From Emiliania huxleyi CCMP1516 (lineage: Eukaryota), in the NCBI RefSeq assembly GCF_000372725.1, contig NW_005201259.1, forward strand, positions 159,015-223,014: a stretch of DNA of 64,000 nt, read 5' to 3'. Shown one piece after another: positions 34,884 through 45,269 of the stretch. The notes below the pieces were generated by a model that was given only the letters and a program-made list of their open reading frames with translations, ran no database searches and was not told where the DNA came from. Every line of letters begins with the position of its first letter. Position 1 is the first letter of the stretch. Position numbers and translations under genes: made by a program.

Positions 34884-35734
34884 ATGTCCACAGTGAGCGC
34901 CTGCCTCTCCCGCTACCATCCCGCCCTGGCCTCCGTCGCCCCTCGCCGCCGCCACTCTCGCCGCCGCCCAAAACTCCGCTTCCGCCCACGCCGCCCCCCA
35001 CGCTCGCCGCCGCCGCCCACACCGCCACCACCAATCCCTCCGCCCCCACGCCGCCCCCACCTTCGCCGCCTCCTGCCTCTCCGCGCCGCCCTCCCCACGC
35101 CGGCGGCACCAGCCCCTTCGCCGCCCACGCCGCCTTCACCCTCGCCGCCGCCGCCCTCGCCGCCGCCCTCCCGCGCCCTCCTGCGCCACTGCCCTCCTGC
35201 GCCGCCGCCACCAGCCCCTCCGCCACCCCACCGCGGTTGCGCGCCCCCCCTCCCGCCCCCAAACCAACGCCCTTTGCCTCCCGTAGGTGCCCGTCAATCC
35301 CAAGCCCTTCCTCAACGACCTCACTGGCAAGCCCATCATCGCCAAGCTCAAGTGGGGCATGGAGTACAAGGGCGCGCGCCCGCGCACTGCCAATCGCCGC
35401 CGCCCGCGCCCGCCGCCGCCCGGCCTCTGCCTGCCGAGGAGCCGCTTATCTTCCGCCCGCCTGCGCCGCCGCCGCCGCCACGTGCGCCGCAGCCGAGCGG
35501 CTTCCGGACATCCCCCCCCCCCCCGCCCCCCAGGCTACCTCGTCTCTGTCGATTCGTACATGAACTTGCAGGCACCACTGATCCCCCCTGCCCCCGCCCC
35601 TGCCTCGCATCTGAAGCCATTCGCCGTGCCACGCCGTGGTACGCCATGCTACGCCGCCCTCGCCTCCGCCCCTTGCCCCCCTCGCCGCCGCCGCTCCCTC
35701 GCCGCCGCCGCTCCTCGCCGCCGCCGCTCCTCGC

Positions 35735-35765
<31 letters not shown>

Positions 35766-36059
35766 GCTCCTGCACCCGCCGCTTGCGTACTCCGACCCTT
35801 GACTCGGCTCGGACCCCTGACTGCGCCCACCGCTGCTGCAGATGGCGAGCACAGAGGAGTGGATCGACGGCGAGTTCTCGGGAAACCTGGGCGAGGTGCG
35901 GGCAAAGGGAGGGGGGCTTTGCTTGCTTGCTTGCTGCTGCTGCTGCTGCTGCTGCTGCACGTGACGCAATCTCCCCTCCTCGGCCATGCCCCGCAGGTGC
36001 TCATCCGGTGCAACAACGTGCTGTACATGCGTGGCTTGCCCGAGGAGGACGACGAGTGA
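34884..36059 (+). CDS. SNRPF: Small nuclear ribonucleoprotein Sm F, 5 exons
   Basis: [74 protein letters not shown]; two introns are GC-AG; divergent from MRPL47. Confidence 0.95.
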
Positions 36060-36278
36060 GGTGGCGAGTCTCTTCTTCTTACCTCTCTAACTTTGCGCGC
36101 TGCGCTGTTCACCCCTGTTATCTCTGTTGGCTGTAGTAATTTCAGTGCCGAGGCCCGCCTTTGTATGCACTAAAATAGCCGTGCGCGACGCGCCTCCGCC
36201 CGGTCGTCGTGCGCCGAGGTGCGAGGTCGCCGTCGCGCGTCGGGGCCTGACACACGCAAACCAATGGCCAATGCGTCT

Positions 36279-36487
36279 AAAGAAAGAAAGAAAGAAAACA
36301 GACAACCCAAGGGAGGGATGGGAGGACGGCACGCCGCCACCACACAGGGATTTTAAGGAGAGAGGTGTGGTGCGCCAATGCGTAAGAAAGAAAGAAAGAA
36401 AACAGACAACCCAAGGGAGGGATGGGAGAACGGCACGCCGCCACCACACAGGGATTTTAAGGAGAGGGGTGTGATGCGCCAATGCGT
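36279..36487. repeat. Tandem duplication of a ~105-bp unit
   Basis: aagaaagaaagaaagaaaacagacaacccaagggagggatggga...gcgccaatgcgt occurs twice. Confidence 0.9.
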
Positions 36488-36622
36488 CTGATTAAACTGC
36501 TGCCTCGGGAAATTCTTTTTTGCTTGACGCTACCCAACCGCGGCGTGAGCCGTGAGATACGGTAGGGTGCTCCTGCTGACCTTTTCTTGGGAGCCAGCAG
36601 CCGCTCGCGCGCAAGCCCCGCG

Positions 36623-37168
36623 ATGGTGTTGAGCTGCATGCGATTCGCCCTTTTCGTGCTCCCATGCGCCGCGGCCCGCCTAATCCAGCCCCGCCGTGCC
36701 TTCCTCGCTGTCCCAGCCTCGCTTCTGCCTGTGATGCGCCGCAGCGATGCGGCGGTGGCCGCACCGTCAAAGGCGGCATCGCCGGCGGCGGCAAAGCAGC
36801 AGATTCTCGCTGGCTATGACGAACTAGGAAGGCTCCTCCGCGACTTTGAGGCGGTGGTGTCGGGTGGTGGCGGCGATGGCGTTCGCCGTGTCCTCGGCAC
36901 GGTGGGCACTGTAAGCCCCGTGTACCTGATCGAGCCGGCGTTCCGGCTACTCTTCGACGAGGACGAGAGCCTGCCGATGGAGTACATCGAGACGGTCGAG
37001 TCGCTCATGCGCAATCTGGCAGCCGCGGACAGCGAGGCGTACTCGGCTATCTTCATCGAATTTTCGTCGGCAAAGGGCAAGCCGGCCGACTACTTTGGGC
37101 GCTCTAAGCAGGCGGTCGCTCGTGCGAGAGATGACTGGAGGCAGTTGATGGACTACCTGAGCATGTGA
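36623..37168 (+). CDS. Probable plastid thylakoid-lumen protein, PsbQ-like helical bundle
   Basis: Signal peptide, twin-arginine RRAFL plus AVA cleavage-like site, GDGVRRVLGTVG..SP motif, helical C-terminus. Start is 36623 or 36638. Confidence 0.6.
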   Translation: MVLSCMRFALFVLPCAAARLIQPRRAFLAVPASLLPVMRRSDAAVAAPSKAASPAAAKQQILAGYDELGRLLRDFEAVVSGGGGDGVRRVLGTVGTVSPVYLIEPAFRLLFDEDESLPMEYIETVESLMRNLAAADSEAYSAIFIEFSSAKGKPADYFGRSKQAVARARDDWRQLMDYLSM

Positions 37169-37593
37169 GGGCGTAACGAAACAAGTTACCTGCGCGCGCG
37201 CTTCCCCGATCGCCGATGCAATCGCAGCTAGAGAGGAGCGGACAGAGGTCTCTGCCTTCACCGTCTTGGTCTTGGTTTCGTGTGTAATGGCCGTGTGTAC
37301 GCTTGTGGCGCGATACACTCTATTAAATCTACATGGGACGCGAGCGCGACCGAGACAAAGTGACAAACACACACACGCGCGCGCGCATCTCGCACAAGCG
37401 AGAAACCACAAGAGCTAAGAGAGGACACATCCGGAAGGAAATTCTGAGAAGAAGAACGGAAGAAGCTAGCGCGCGTATCTCGCCGCGCGGCTGAGAGATT
37501 TACGTTGCTCCAACAACGTCCGTCTGGGAGTCAGAGGATTTGTGGGGGCGAGCCAGGGGGAGACCGCCGTCGGGGCGCGCCGACCTGTCCACA

Positions 37594-38331
37594 TCACGCG
37601 AGGAGGCTTTTCTCCGGCTCGAACGGCCGCTCGGTCTCGGTCGGCACCGGCTCGGGCCTTCCGGTGAGGTGATGTGCAAAGGCTTTGGCCGCCTCGGCAG
37701 TGCTCGGGTAGTCCACGATGGCCTGGAGCAACCTGCGGCCGAGCGTCTCGTCGCTGCACTCGAGCGTCTCGAGGCTGCACTCCTCTGCCACACCAGCGTA
37801 CAGAAAGAGCCGATGCCGTCCGCCCGTGGGCGGGTAGGAGATCATGCGCGACCGGCAGAGCCCGCCGTCGCACGAGAAGTGGCACTCGATGTACTGGTTG
37901 ACCGCGCCGACGACTGCTGCAAAGCGAGCTTCCTCCTCAAGCGTGCGGCTTTCGGTGAAGGGAGGAGCCTCCGGGCCGGCTGCGGTGGGATGTAGAAGAC
38001 TCTCCAGGTCTACCTCGCCCCTCTCCACCGCGCCAGCAGCCTCCCCGCCTCCGGATGGCGACTCACGTGGCTGGCACGGCTCGGACGCTGCCGCGGGTGC
38101 CTGGGCACCAAGGTGGAACGTTGGTGCGTCGTTCGATGCCAGCGGTAGCTCAATCCGGCACTCGAGCCGGCCCGAATCCTGGTCGTAAGTCGTGTGAAGA
38201 GAGGTTGCACCGACGGCCCTCGCCTGCCGCAGATGAGCAGCAAGCACCGCCTCGCAAGCAGGCCCGATTGGAACGGCGGGCCGGGCGGGCCGAGGTACGG
38301 CCACGGTGACGAGTAGGTACGCGAGGGACAT
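37594..38331 (-). CDS. Hypothetical protein (245 aa)
   Basis: ATG-initiated ORF with protein-like composition; no family recognised. Confidence 0.5.
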   Translation of the reverse strand: MSLAYLLVTVAVPRPARPAVPIGPACEAVLAAHLRQARAVGATSLHTTYDQDSGRLECRIELPLASNDAPTFHLGAQAPAAASEPCQPRESPSGGGEAAGAVERGEVDLESLLHPTAAGPEAPPFTESRTLEEEARFAAVVGAVNQYIECHFSCDGGLCRSRMISYPPTGGRHRLFLYAGVAEECSLETLECSDETLGRRLLQAIVDYPSTAEAAKAFAHHLTGRPEPVPTETERPFEPEKSLLA

Positions 38332-38458
38332 CGGTTCACTTCGTCCCTCTGGCTTCGGCTGGATCCGGATGCGCGGCAGAGAGCTTTGAGAGTGATTGTC
38401 GCGGTTTTATCGTTTCGCCGAAAAAAAGAATTTCTTCCCTGCAGAAGGACCGACAGAG

Positions 38459-39325
38459 CAGGTACTTTTTTGCTTGGGTGGGCCTCATCACGGGGTAGGT
38501 AGGGTAGGTCTGGGCCCTCCCGTCGGGTTTTTCCCTCTCTTCACGCTGGCTGGAATTTTCACAGCAGAAAAAGAAATTTTTCGGAAATCACGATGTCAAA
38601 CGTCCCCAAATGGGTAATCTGATGCTTGTAGGGCCTGAGAGTGGCCTGCCATGTCACAGGAAGGACTGTGGTTGCAGGAGAGTACCACCACCCATCACTT
38701 TAGTTGGTTACCGTCGGGTCTCTATTTTAAGACCAGGTAAACAGCAATAGATCCGGCCCTCAAGCGGCCTAATCGATACCCGGCCCTCACGGAATCGGTC
38801 CCTCGTTGTACAGCAATCGATCCTTCACACTGCCCGCGCTGCCAAACTTGCCGAGAATCGGTCCCCATGTTACCTGTGGCGCGGCATGAATGTACTGGCA
38901 TGAATGTACTGTTGGGTGAGTGTACCCTTGCATCCCGCCAGTGTGATGTATCTGCTGTGCCGAACGTGCGCGTTTGGCATGTGGAACCTCTCACCTGGTG
39001 CGTGGCAACGGGCCCCCTGTGGCTGTGCCCCCTCCCCCCCCCCCGCCCGGGTGTCTAGCAATTGGTCCCTTGGCAAGCGCGAATCGGTCCCCCTGGCTCC
39101 AGGAACTGATCCGGCACTACACCCGGATCTATTGCTGTTTACCTGGTCTTAAAATAGAGACCCGACGGTAGTACCCCACCTTCACCCGTCCCACGATTTC
39201 TTTTTTAGTTTCCCATAAGTAGGGTAGGTAGGTAGGTAGGTAGGGGCACCGCAGGGGCCGGTCAGGTTTTTGCAGAATTTCATGAACATGATGAGGCCCA
39301 CCCAAGCAAAAAAAGTACACACCTG
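38459..39325. mobile_element. TIR element with (TAGG)n, copy 1, interrupted by a nested MITE
   Basis: TIR caggtacttttttgcttgggtgggcctcatca / tgatgaggcccacccaagcaaaaaaagtacacacctg; gacagag on both flanks (7-bp TSD); uninterrupted copy at ~44715-45173. Confidence 0.88.
38711..39168. mobile_element. Tc1/mariner(pogo)-type MITE (458 bp)
   Basis: Perfect ~46-bp TIR ccgtcgggtctctattttaagaccaggtaaacagcaatagatccgg; TA on both sides; absent from the host-element copy at ~44965. Confidence 0.92.
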
Positions 39326-39409
39326 GACAGAGGTGCGAAAAAAGAATTATCCGCAAATCGGCTCCATGTTAAGCGGCCGAGTCAGCTCGTTTCTCGCCTC
39401 CTCCGACAG

Positions 39410-39976
39410 CTGTCCCAGCTCTCGCCTGGAGCTCTCTGGACCTGGCGTCCTGGCCCGTCCAACGGGCCCACCACCGTCTCACGACGTCTCTGCTCGACAG
39501 CTCCCCCCGCCCACCCATCCGGGTACTCCAGCCGCCGCCGAGGTACTCCAGCCGCCGCCGAGGCGGTGCTGAGCTTCCTGGAGTCGGCGCCGGTCCGTGT
39601 GGTCAGCGTGAGCACGATGAACAAGGTATGCGAATACTCGAGTTTACCCCCCTGCCTCCCACGCGCCCTCGCTCACGCTGGGGCACGAATGACCCAGGGT
39701 GTGGCCTACGTCAACGGCTTCAATCTGGGCCGATACTGGCTGCGACGAGGGGAGTGCAAGGGCGCGTGCGCGCCGCCCGTCAAGCATGGCCACTGCTACA
39801 TGCGCTGGAAGGCATGCGGGCGGCCCACGCAGACTCTGTACCACGTGCCGACCGAGGTGCTCGCGCCCGTGCGTAACCTCGTAGTCCTCTTTGAAGAGAC
39901 GGTGGGCACGGCAACACCGCGAGACCTCGCGGGCGTGTCCCTCGTGGCACTGCACGAACATCCTGCAACCGACTGA
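39410..39976 (+). pseudogene. C-terminal fragment of a GH35 beta-galactosidase (galactose-binding-like domain)
   Basis: VSTMNK|GVAYVNGFNLGRYW...PTQTLYHVP...NLVVLFEE; no catalytic domain upstream, where TEs lie. Confidence 0.7.
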
Positions 39977-40167
39977 GTGTAATTTCAAACGTGTAATTTC
40001 ACGAATGGAGTGTAATTTCAAACGTTGTGTCGACCGAGGCAGTTCACTTTTCTGAACACGCAGAGTGACTTCTGTGAGTGCTCTTGGCGAAGTGAATGAC
40101 ACACATGGACAGTCACGAGCCCTTCGCAGTACGATCGTTGATCCGATACACATGAAGTGGATTCATT

Positions 40168-41859
40168 TCATGGCAGCGCTGGCAAGCAAGGCCACCGACG
40201 GACGGCGACTCTGGACGACATAGCTCTTGCCATAGATGCTGGCGTCTCTGGTGGTGTAGGCGCCACCCTAACGTTGATTGCAGGGCGGGAGCCTGGGCTT
40301 GCAGGGCAGGAGTTTGGGCCGCTTGAGACTGATGAGGTTAAGGGTGGCGAGGGAACCCCTTGCATGTCCGTGAACGCATTCATGCAGGTCCTCGCCTTTG
40401 CCAAACGGCGACGCCGCTTGAGAAATGCAACGCCGCCTAGACCTAAGATGATGAGAGCGACGCACCCAACAATGGCCCCAATTATTCCAATTGAGCTGCC
40501 GCTACCACTGTCATTGGCAGCCAAGCCCTCCGAGGTTTGGGTTATCACAGGCAGCCAAGGAGGCGGCGAGGGCGGCGGAGGGCTCGGTGGAGGCGGCGAT
40601 GGAGGCGGTGGGGACGGAGGCGGCGACAAGAGGGGTGGCGGCGAGGGGGGCGGTGGGCTGGGTGGTGGTGGCGACGGTGGTGGGAGCGATGGCGGCGGCG
40701 GCGACGGTGGGGGTGGGGATGGCGGCGGCGGCGAGGGTAGCGGCGGGATCGGGGGAGGCGGCGACGGAGGCGGCGATGGAGGCGGTGGGGACGGAGGCGG
40801 CGACGAAGGGGGCGGCGGGCTGGGTGGTGGTGGCGGCGGCGACGGAGGTGGCGGCGATGGCGGCGGCGGCGACGGAGGCGGGGGCGACGGCGGAGGGGGC
40901 GATGGCGGAGGGGGCGACGGCGGAGGGGGTGAGGGTGGTGGAGGCGACGGTGGTGGCGGCGACGGCGGGGGTGGGGAGGGCGGCGGCGGCGATGGCGGAG
41001 GTGGCGAGGGCGGCGGAGGGCTCGGTGGCGGTGGCGACGGAGGCGGTGGTGACGGTGGCGGCGGCGAGGGGGGTGGTGGGCTGGGGGGAGGTGGCGAGGG
41101 AGGCGGTGGTGATGGAGGCGGCGGGCTCGGCGGAGGCGGTGAGGGCGGGGTCGAGGGGGGAGGCGTCGAAGGCGGAGGCGGCGAGGGCGGGGGCGGGCTC
41201 GGCGGCGGTGGCGACGGTGGAGGCGGTGAGGGCGGTGGCGGCGAGGGAGGCGGCGGCGAGGGCGGCGGGGGCGATGGTGGGGGTGGGCTGGGCGGCGGCG
41301 GTGACGGCGGTGGCGGTGAGGGTGGAGGCGGCGACGGCGGTGGCGGACTCGGGGGAGGCGGCGAGGGAGGTGGCAATGGCGGCGGCGAGGGCGGTGGCGG
41401 CGAGGGCGGTGGGGGTGAGGGAGGCGCCGAAGGCGGCTGGTGATAGACATAAACTTCGACGTGGCTGTGAGTGTGCCACGGATCAGCACCCTGCTTGAGG
41501 CAAAGGTGGTACGTGTCAGTCGCCGTAAGGAGGATGTCGACAGAAAGGTCGTTGTTCAAGGCGGGAAAAACGTTGCTGTCAAGTGCGCCAAGAGCGTCGG
41601 CGCAGGTCTGTCCAGAGCCGCTGCTGATGAAGCTGACACGATCTCCGATAGAGACGCCATGATCTCCAGCAAATGTCAGAGAAACCGCAATCCCAGACCA
41701 CAGGTTGATGCGGTAGCGCTCAGACTCGGGATAAGGCGGCGGACCTCCGTTGACTGTGATAAAGATGTCTGGGGGTGGCGACGGTGGCGGCATCGGCGGA
41801 GGCTGCGATGGCTGGGTGAAAGGGACGGTGAGGGCCACGTCGAGAAGAAGCGACAGCAT
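40168..41859 (-). CDS. Extensin-like (SPPPP)n type I membrane protein
   Basis: Hydrophobic N-terminus, ~110-aa globular domain, long SPPPP stalk, TM IGIIGAIVGCVALIILGLGGVAFL then KRRRR and a short tail. Confidence 0.8.
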   Translation of the reverse strand: MLSLLLDVALTVPFTQPSQPPPMPPPSPPPDIFITVNGGPPPYPESERYRINLWSGIAVSLTFAGDHGVSIGDRVSFISSGSGQTCADALGALDSNVFPALNNDLSVDILLTATDTYHLCLKQGADPWHTHSHVEVYVYHQPPSAPPSPPPPSPPPPSPPPLPPPSPPPPSPPPPSPPPPSPPPPSPPPPSPPPPSPPPPSPPPPSPPPPSPPPPSPPPPSPPPPSPPPPSTPPPSTPPSPPPPSPPPPSPPPPSPPPPSPPPPSPPPPSPPPPSPPPPSPPPPSPPPPSPPPPSPPPPSPPPPSPPPPSPPPPSPPPPSPPPPSPPPPSPPPPSPPPPSPPPPPPSPPPPSSPPPSPPPPSPPPSPPPPIPPLPSPPPPSPPPPSPPPPSLPPPSPPPPSPPPPSPPPLLSPPPSPPPPSPPPPSPPPPSPPPWLPVITQTSEGLAANDSGSGSSIGIIGAIVGCVALIILGLGGVAFLKRRRRLAKARTCMNAFTDMQGVPSPPLTSSVSSGPNSCPASPGSRPAINVRVAPTPPETPASMARAMSSRVAVRRWPCLPALP

Positions 41860-42389
41860 CGATCGCACGGCGTCCGGTGGGCGCTCCCGCGGGCCGTGGT
41901 GTCCCCCTTTTGAGTTCGTCGGAATTCTCGGCCTAAACGCGACGGGCGCGTCAGCGGGCGGTTTCGGTTACTTCGGTTATTGAACGTTGCGTGATACGGG
42001 CAGAACAAACGCTTGGCTGAGGGGTTGCGTCCGAGCCACCAAATATACCTACAACCAAATACCTACCTATACCTACCTAACGATATCAGAAATCCTCGAC
42101 AACTTCCTCGGCTACGGTTCCGACTCCCAAGCCACACGACATCAGTCACAAACACAAAATCTCACCTGGCAACCCTGTCTGCACGTCTCGCGCGCGCGTG
42201 AACTTGGTATTGCTAAAAATCTCTCTCAGTCACCCCGATCACCGATCACATCAAAATGGGAGAGCGGAGATCTTCTTAATTTTTTTGCCCTTTGCCCTAC
42301 TCGTACGAGTAGGCGAGGCGAAGCGGGATCTTTTTCCGTAATTCGCCGTGCTCGTAAAAACGCGAGTGGCCGGCCCGCGACGAAGAGCA

Positions 42390-43289
42390 ATGGGCAAGCG
42401 ACTCGACAGCCTCTCGAACGAGGAGAAGGTCGCAATCCTGGCACACACCCGGCCACAAGGATCCGCCGAATCGCGCTACTGTCGCACTGGGAACGCCACA
42501 CTCTCCACACCCTTCCCATCCCTGAAAACAGGCGCTCGTCGGAGGGAGCCGCCGAATCCATTTGACTGTTCGCCCCTCGTCAAGCTGCTCAAGCACGCGG
42601 CGAGTAACCTTGGCGCTGGCGTGCTCCGCTGCCTCTTTGCTTACTCCGCCTTCAAGGGCGCTGCCCCCGGCCCTCTATCGCAGCAGGTCTGCATCGGCCC
42701 GAGGATGGTGTCGGTGCTCGAGGCTTCCGGCACCTACGCCACACGGCTGTGGCATTGCTCGATTGTGCTCGCGCGGCTGCTGGCATCCAACTGCGAGGCG
42801 TTCGATGGGACGCGCGTGGTCGAGCTCGGCGCCGGGACGGGTCTTTGCTCGCTCGCACTGGCTGCGACTTCCAGCGCCTCGATCGTCGCCACTGACTCGG
42901 ATGAGGCGGGGCTGGCGCTACTCCAGCAATCGGCGGACGGGCAAGGTCTGCGGCTCGCCACAGCCGTCCTTGATGTGTGTGGCGACGATTCTCTGCCCGA
43001 GGCCGCGTGGCTCGTCGCCTCGGACGTGCTGTATACGCCTCAGTTGGCTCAAGCGGTCGCGCGGCGTTGCATCGAGATGGTGAGGCGCGGAGGTCGCGCC
43101 ATCGTGGCGGACCCGGGCAGGCCGGCCAGACCCTACTTCGTGGCGGCCCTCGAGCAGGCGGGGATGCCCTCCTCGTTCCGGCTTCCGTCTCAGTGTTTCG
43201 CTGGTGGCGACGCCAGGCTGCTTCTCGTGCATATTGAGGGAGAGAAGTCAGTCTCAGCATTCCCGGCCTTTGCTGAGCTTGAGGGGTAG
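42390..43289 (+). CDS. SAM-dependent methyltransferase, family 16 (METTL21-like)
   Basis: RLWHCSIVLA, VVELGAGTGL (motif I), IVATD, ASDVLY, IVADPGR. Confidence 0.85.
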   Translation: MGKRLDSLSNEEKVAILAHTRPQGSAESRYCRTGNATLSTPFPSLKTGARRREPPNPFDCSPLVKLLKHAASNLGAGVLRCLFAYSAFKGAAPGPLSQQVCIGPRMVSVLEASGTYATRLWHCSIVLARLLASNCEAFDGTRVVELGAGTGLCSLALAATSSASIVATDSDEAGLALLQQSADGQGLRLATAVLDVCGDDSLPEAAWLVASDVLYTPQLAQAVARRCIEMVRRGGRAIVADPGRPARPYFVAALEQAGMPSSFRLPSQCFAGGDARLLLVHIEGEKSVSAFPAFAELEG

Positions 43290-43459
43290 GGCGTAGGCGT
43301 AGCACGTGCGCGCGCTCCGATCGGCCATGAGAATGCCGTGCGAGTTCACAGGGCGCACAGGTTGTTGCAGCGCGCGGACTCCAGGCCTTTTTAGTCCGTT
43401 TCTCTCGATCGATCGCGTCTGCCGTGAGCGTGACGCCACAGTGTGAACCCCCTGCGCGC

Positions 43460-43600
43460 GGGCCTTCTAGGCCCGCGGGTAGTCTCCCCCCATCCCCAGG
43501 GCCTCCAGGGCTCGCACCTCAACCTCTCATAGACCAACGCACAGCGCCATACGAGAGGTATTTTCTCTCAATATATAACACAAAAGGCTGTGAACAAGAG
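43460..43600. repeat. Short dispersed repeat (~130 bp); copies at ~54953-55080 (+) and ~59455-59558 (-)
   Basis: Shared ctccagggctcgcacctcaacctctca.agacca.cgca.agcgccata core. Confidence 0.85.
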
Positions 43601-43703
43601 CTGAACGGCCCGTCTCTGACGAGTATTTATTTTTATGTGAACCTCTGTGCTCAGAGTTCATTTGATCGAGATGAAAGGTCGGCGTGGACGGACCATCGAC
43701 GCA

Positions 43704-43808
<105 letters not shown>

Positions 43809-43924
43809 GTGACAGCCCCTCAAGTTGACATCCCGCCTCCCTTCGTGTGTCACCTCAGCTTCAGCTCAGACCTGGCGCCTTGGGCTTGGCACAGCTCAGC
43901 GCGCCCTCGCGCATATGCACTCAT

Positions 43925-44542
43925 CTACAACTCATCGGACGGCCCTAACCCGTCCACTAACTCCGAGTAGTCGTCGTCGTCGAGGGCGTAGTCGATCGTG
44001 TCCGGGCCCTCCACGTTGCGCGAGTGGCTCAGGTCGACAGGCGCCCCGTAGTCATACGCCGACCCGTAGTCATACGCGTCTCTCTGCTGGCTCATCAGCT
44101 CCAGGAAGCGGGCTAGCTCCAACTGAGAAACGGAGCCGCTGCCGTCCGCATCCATGCTCGCGAAGCCCTGCTCGATGGTTTCAGCTGACGCGTCGGGCCC
44201 GAACACCCCAGAATCCCGCATCTCGCGTTCGCTCACCCTCCCATTGCCGTCGGCGTCCATCAGAAAGAAGAACTGCGCAGCCTGCTCAGCTGACTCTGAC
44301 GAGGCGCCACTAGGGCGCGCGGGCTTGGACTTTTTCTTCTCGGGGTGGAGGGCCTCGTACTTGGCCAGTGCATTGTGCTTCAACGCGAGCGCCCTGAGTT
44401 CGCTCTTGCTTGCGGACTCGGAGAACGGGACGTCAACAGCTGTCAACACGGCCTTGAGCTGTCGTGTGGTCTTCATCCGGACCTCGCGGTCGGCATCGGG
44501 CGGGGCGGGCGCAGCAGCGGTCAGCAGCGCCGCTAGCAGCAT
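43925..44542 (-). CDS. ER-luminal EF-hand protein with HeH/LEM-like N-domain
   Basis: Signal peptide; KSELRALA; two EF-hand loops DADGNGRVSERE and DADGSGSVSQLE; C-terminal SDEL. Confidence 0.85.
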   Translation of the reverse strand: MLLAALLTAAAPAPPDADREVRMKTTRQLKAVLTAVDVPFSESASKSELRALALKHNALAKYEALHPEKKKSKPARPSGASSESAEQAAQFFFLMDADGNGRVSEREMRDSGVFGPDASAETIEQGFASMDADGSGSVSQLELARFLELMSQQRDAYDYGSAYDYGAPVDLSHSRNVEGPDTIDYALDDDDYSELVDGLGPSDEL

Positions 44543-44714
44543 GCAGGTGTAAGGTGGTGACGTGTGTTTGCGCGATGGATTTAAAAATTCGTCCGCTTGT
44601 CCTTTCGCCTGCGGAAACGTTCAGCTCCCCTTAGATGTCCCCTTCGCCACGTCATCACGGATCTCCGATGCATGTCGGCCCCTCCGACGCCGCTGCGCCC
44701 CGCTCCAGCGTGGG

Positions 44715-45173
44715 AGGTACTTACTTTTGCTTGGGTGGGCCTCATCACGGGGTAGGTAGGGTAGGTCTGGGCCCTCCCGTCGGGTTTTTCCCTCTCTTCA
44801 CGCTGGCTGGAATTTTCACAGCAGAAAAAGAAATTTTTCGGAAATCACGATGTCAAACGTCCCCAAGTGGGTGATCTGATGCTTGTAGGGCCTGAGAGTG
44901 GCCTGCCATGTCACAGGAAGGACTGTGGTTGCAGGAGAGTACCACCACCCATCACTTTAGTTGGTATAGTAGCGTCCCACCTTCACCCGTCCGATGATTT
45001 CTTTTTTGTTTCCCATAACGCATAAGTAGGGTAGGTAGGTAGGCAGGTAGGTAGGTAGGTAGGTAGGTAGGTAGAGGTAGGTAAGGTAGGTAGGAAGGGG
45101 CACCGCAGGGGCCGGTCAGGTTTTTGCAGAATTGCATGATGAGGCCCACCCAAGCAAAAAAAGTACACACCTG
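44715..45173. mobile_element. TIR element with (TAGG)n, copy 2 (no nested MITE)
   Basis: Near-identical to 38459-38710 plus 39169-39325. Confidence 0.88.
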
Positions 45174-45269
45174 GAGCCGGCGCAACAGAGTTTGACCGTG
45201 TTCATTCCTTCCTTTGTTTGGAGCACGCTCACCCACAAGACTCATGTCCGACACACACTCGAGGGCGCT

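Noticed and set aside
40157..41498. Gly-rich and Ala-rich long ORFs on the + strand
   Set aside because: Antisense shadows of the SPPPP-coding gene.
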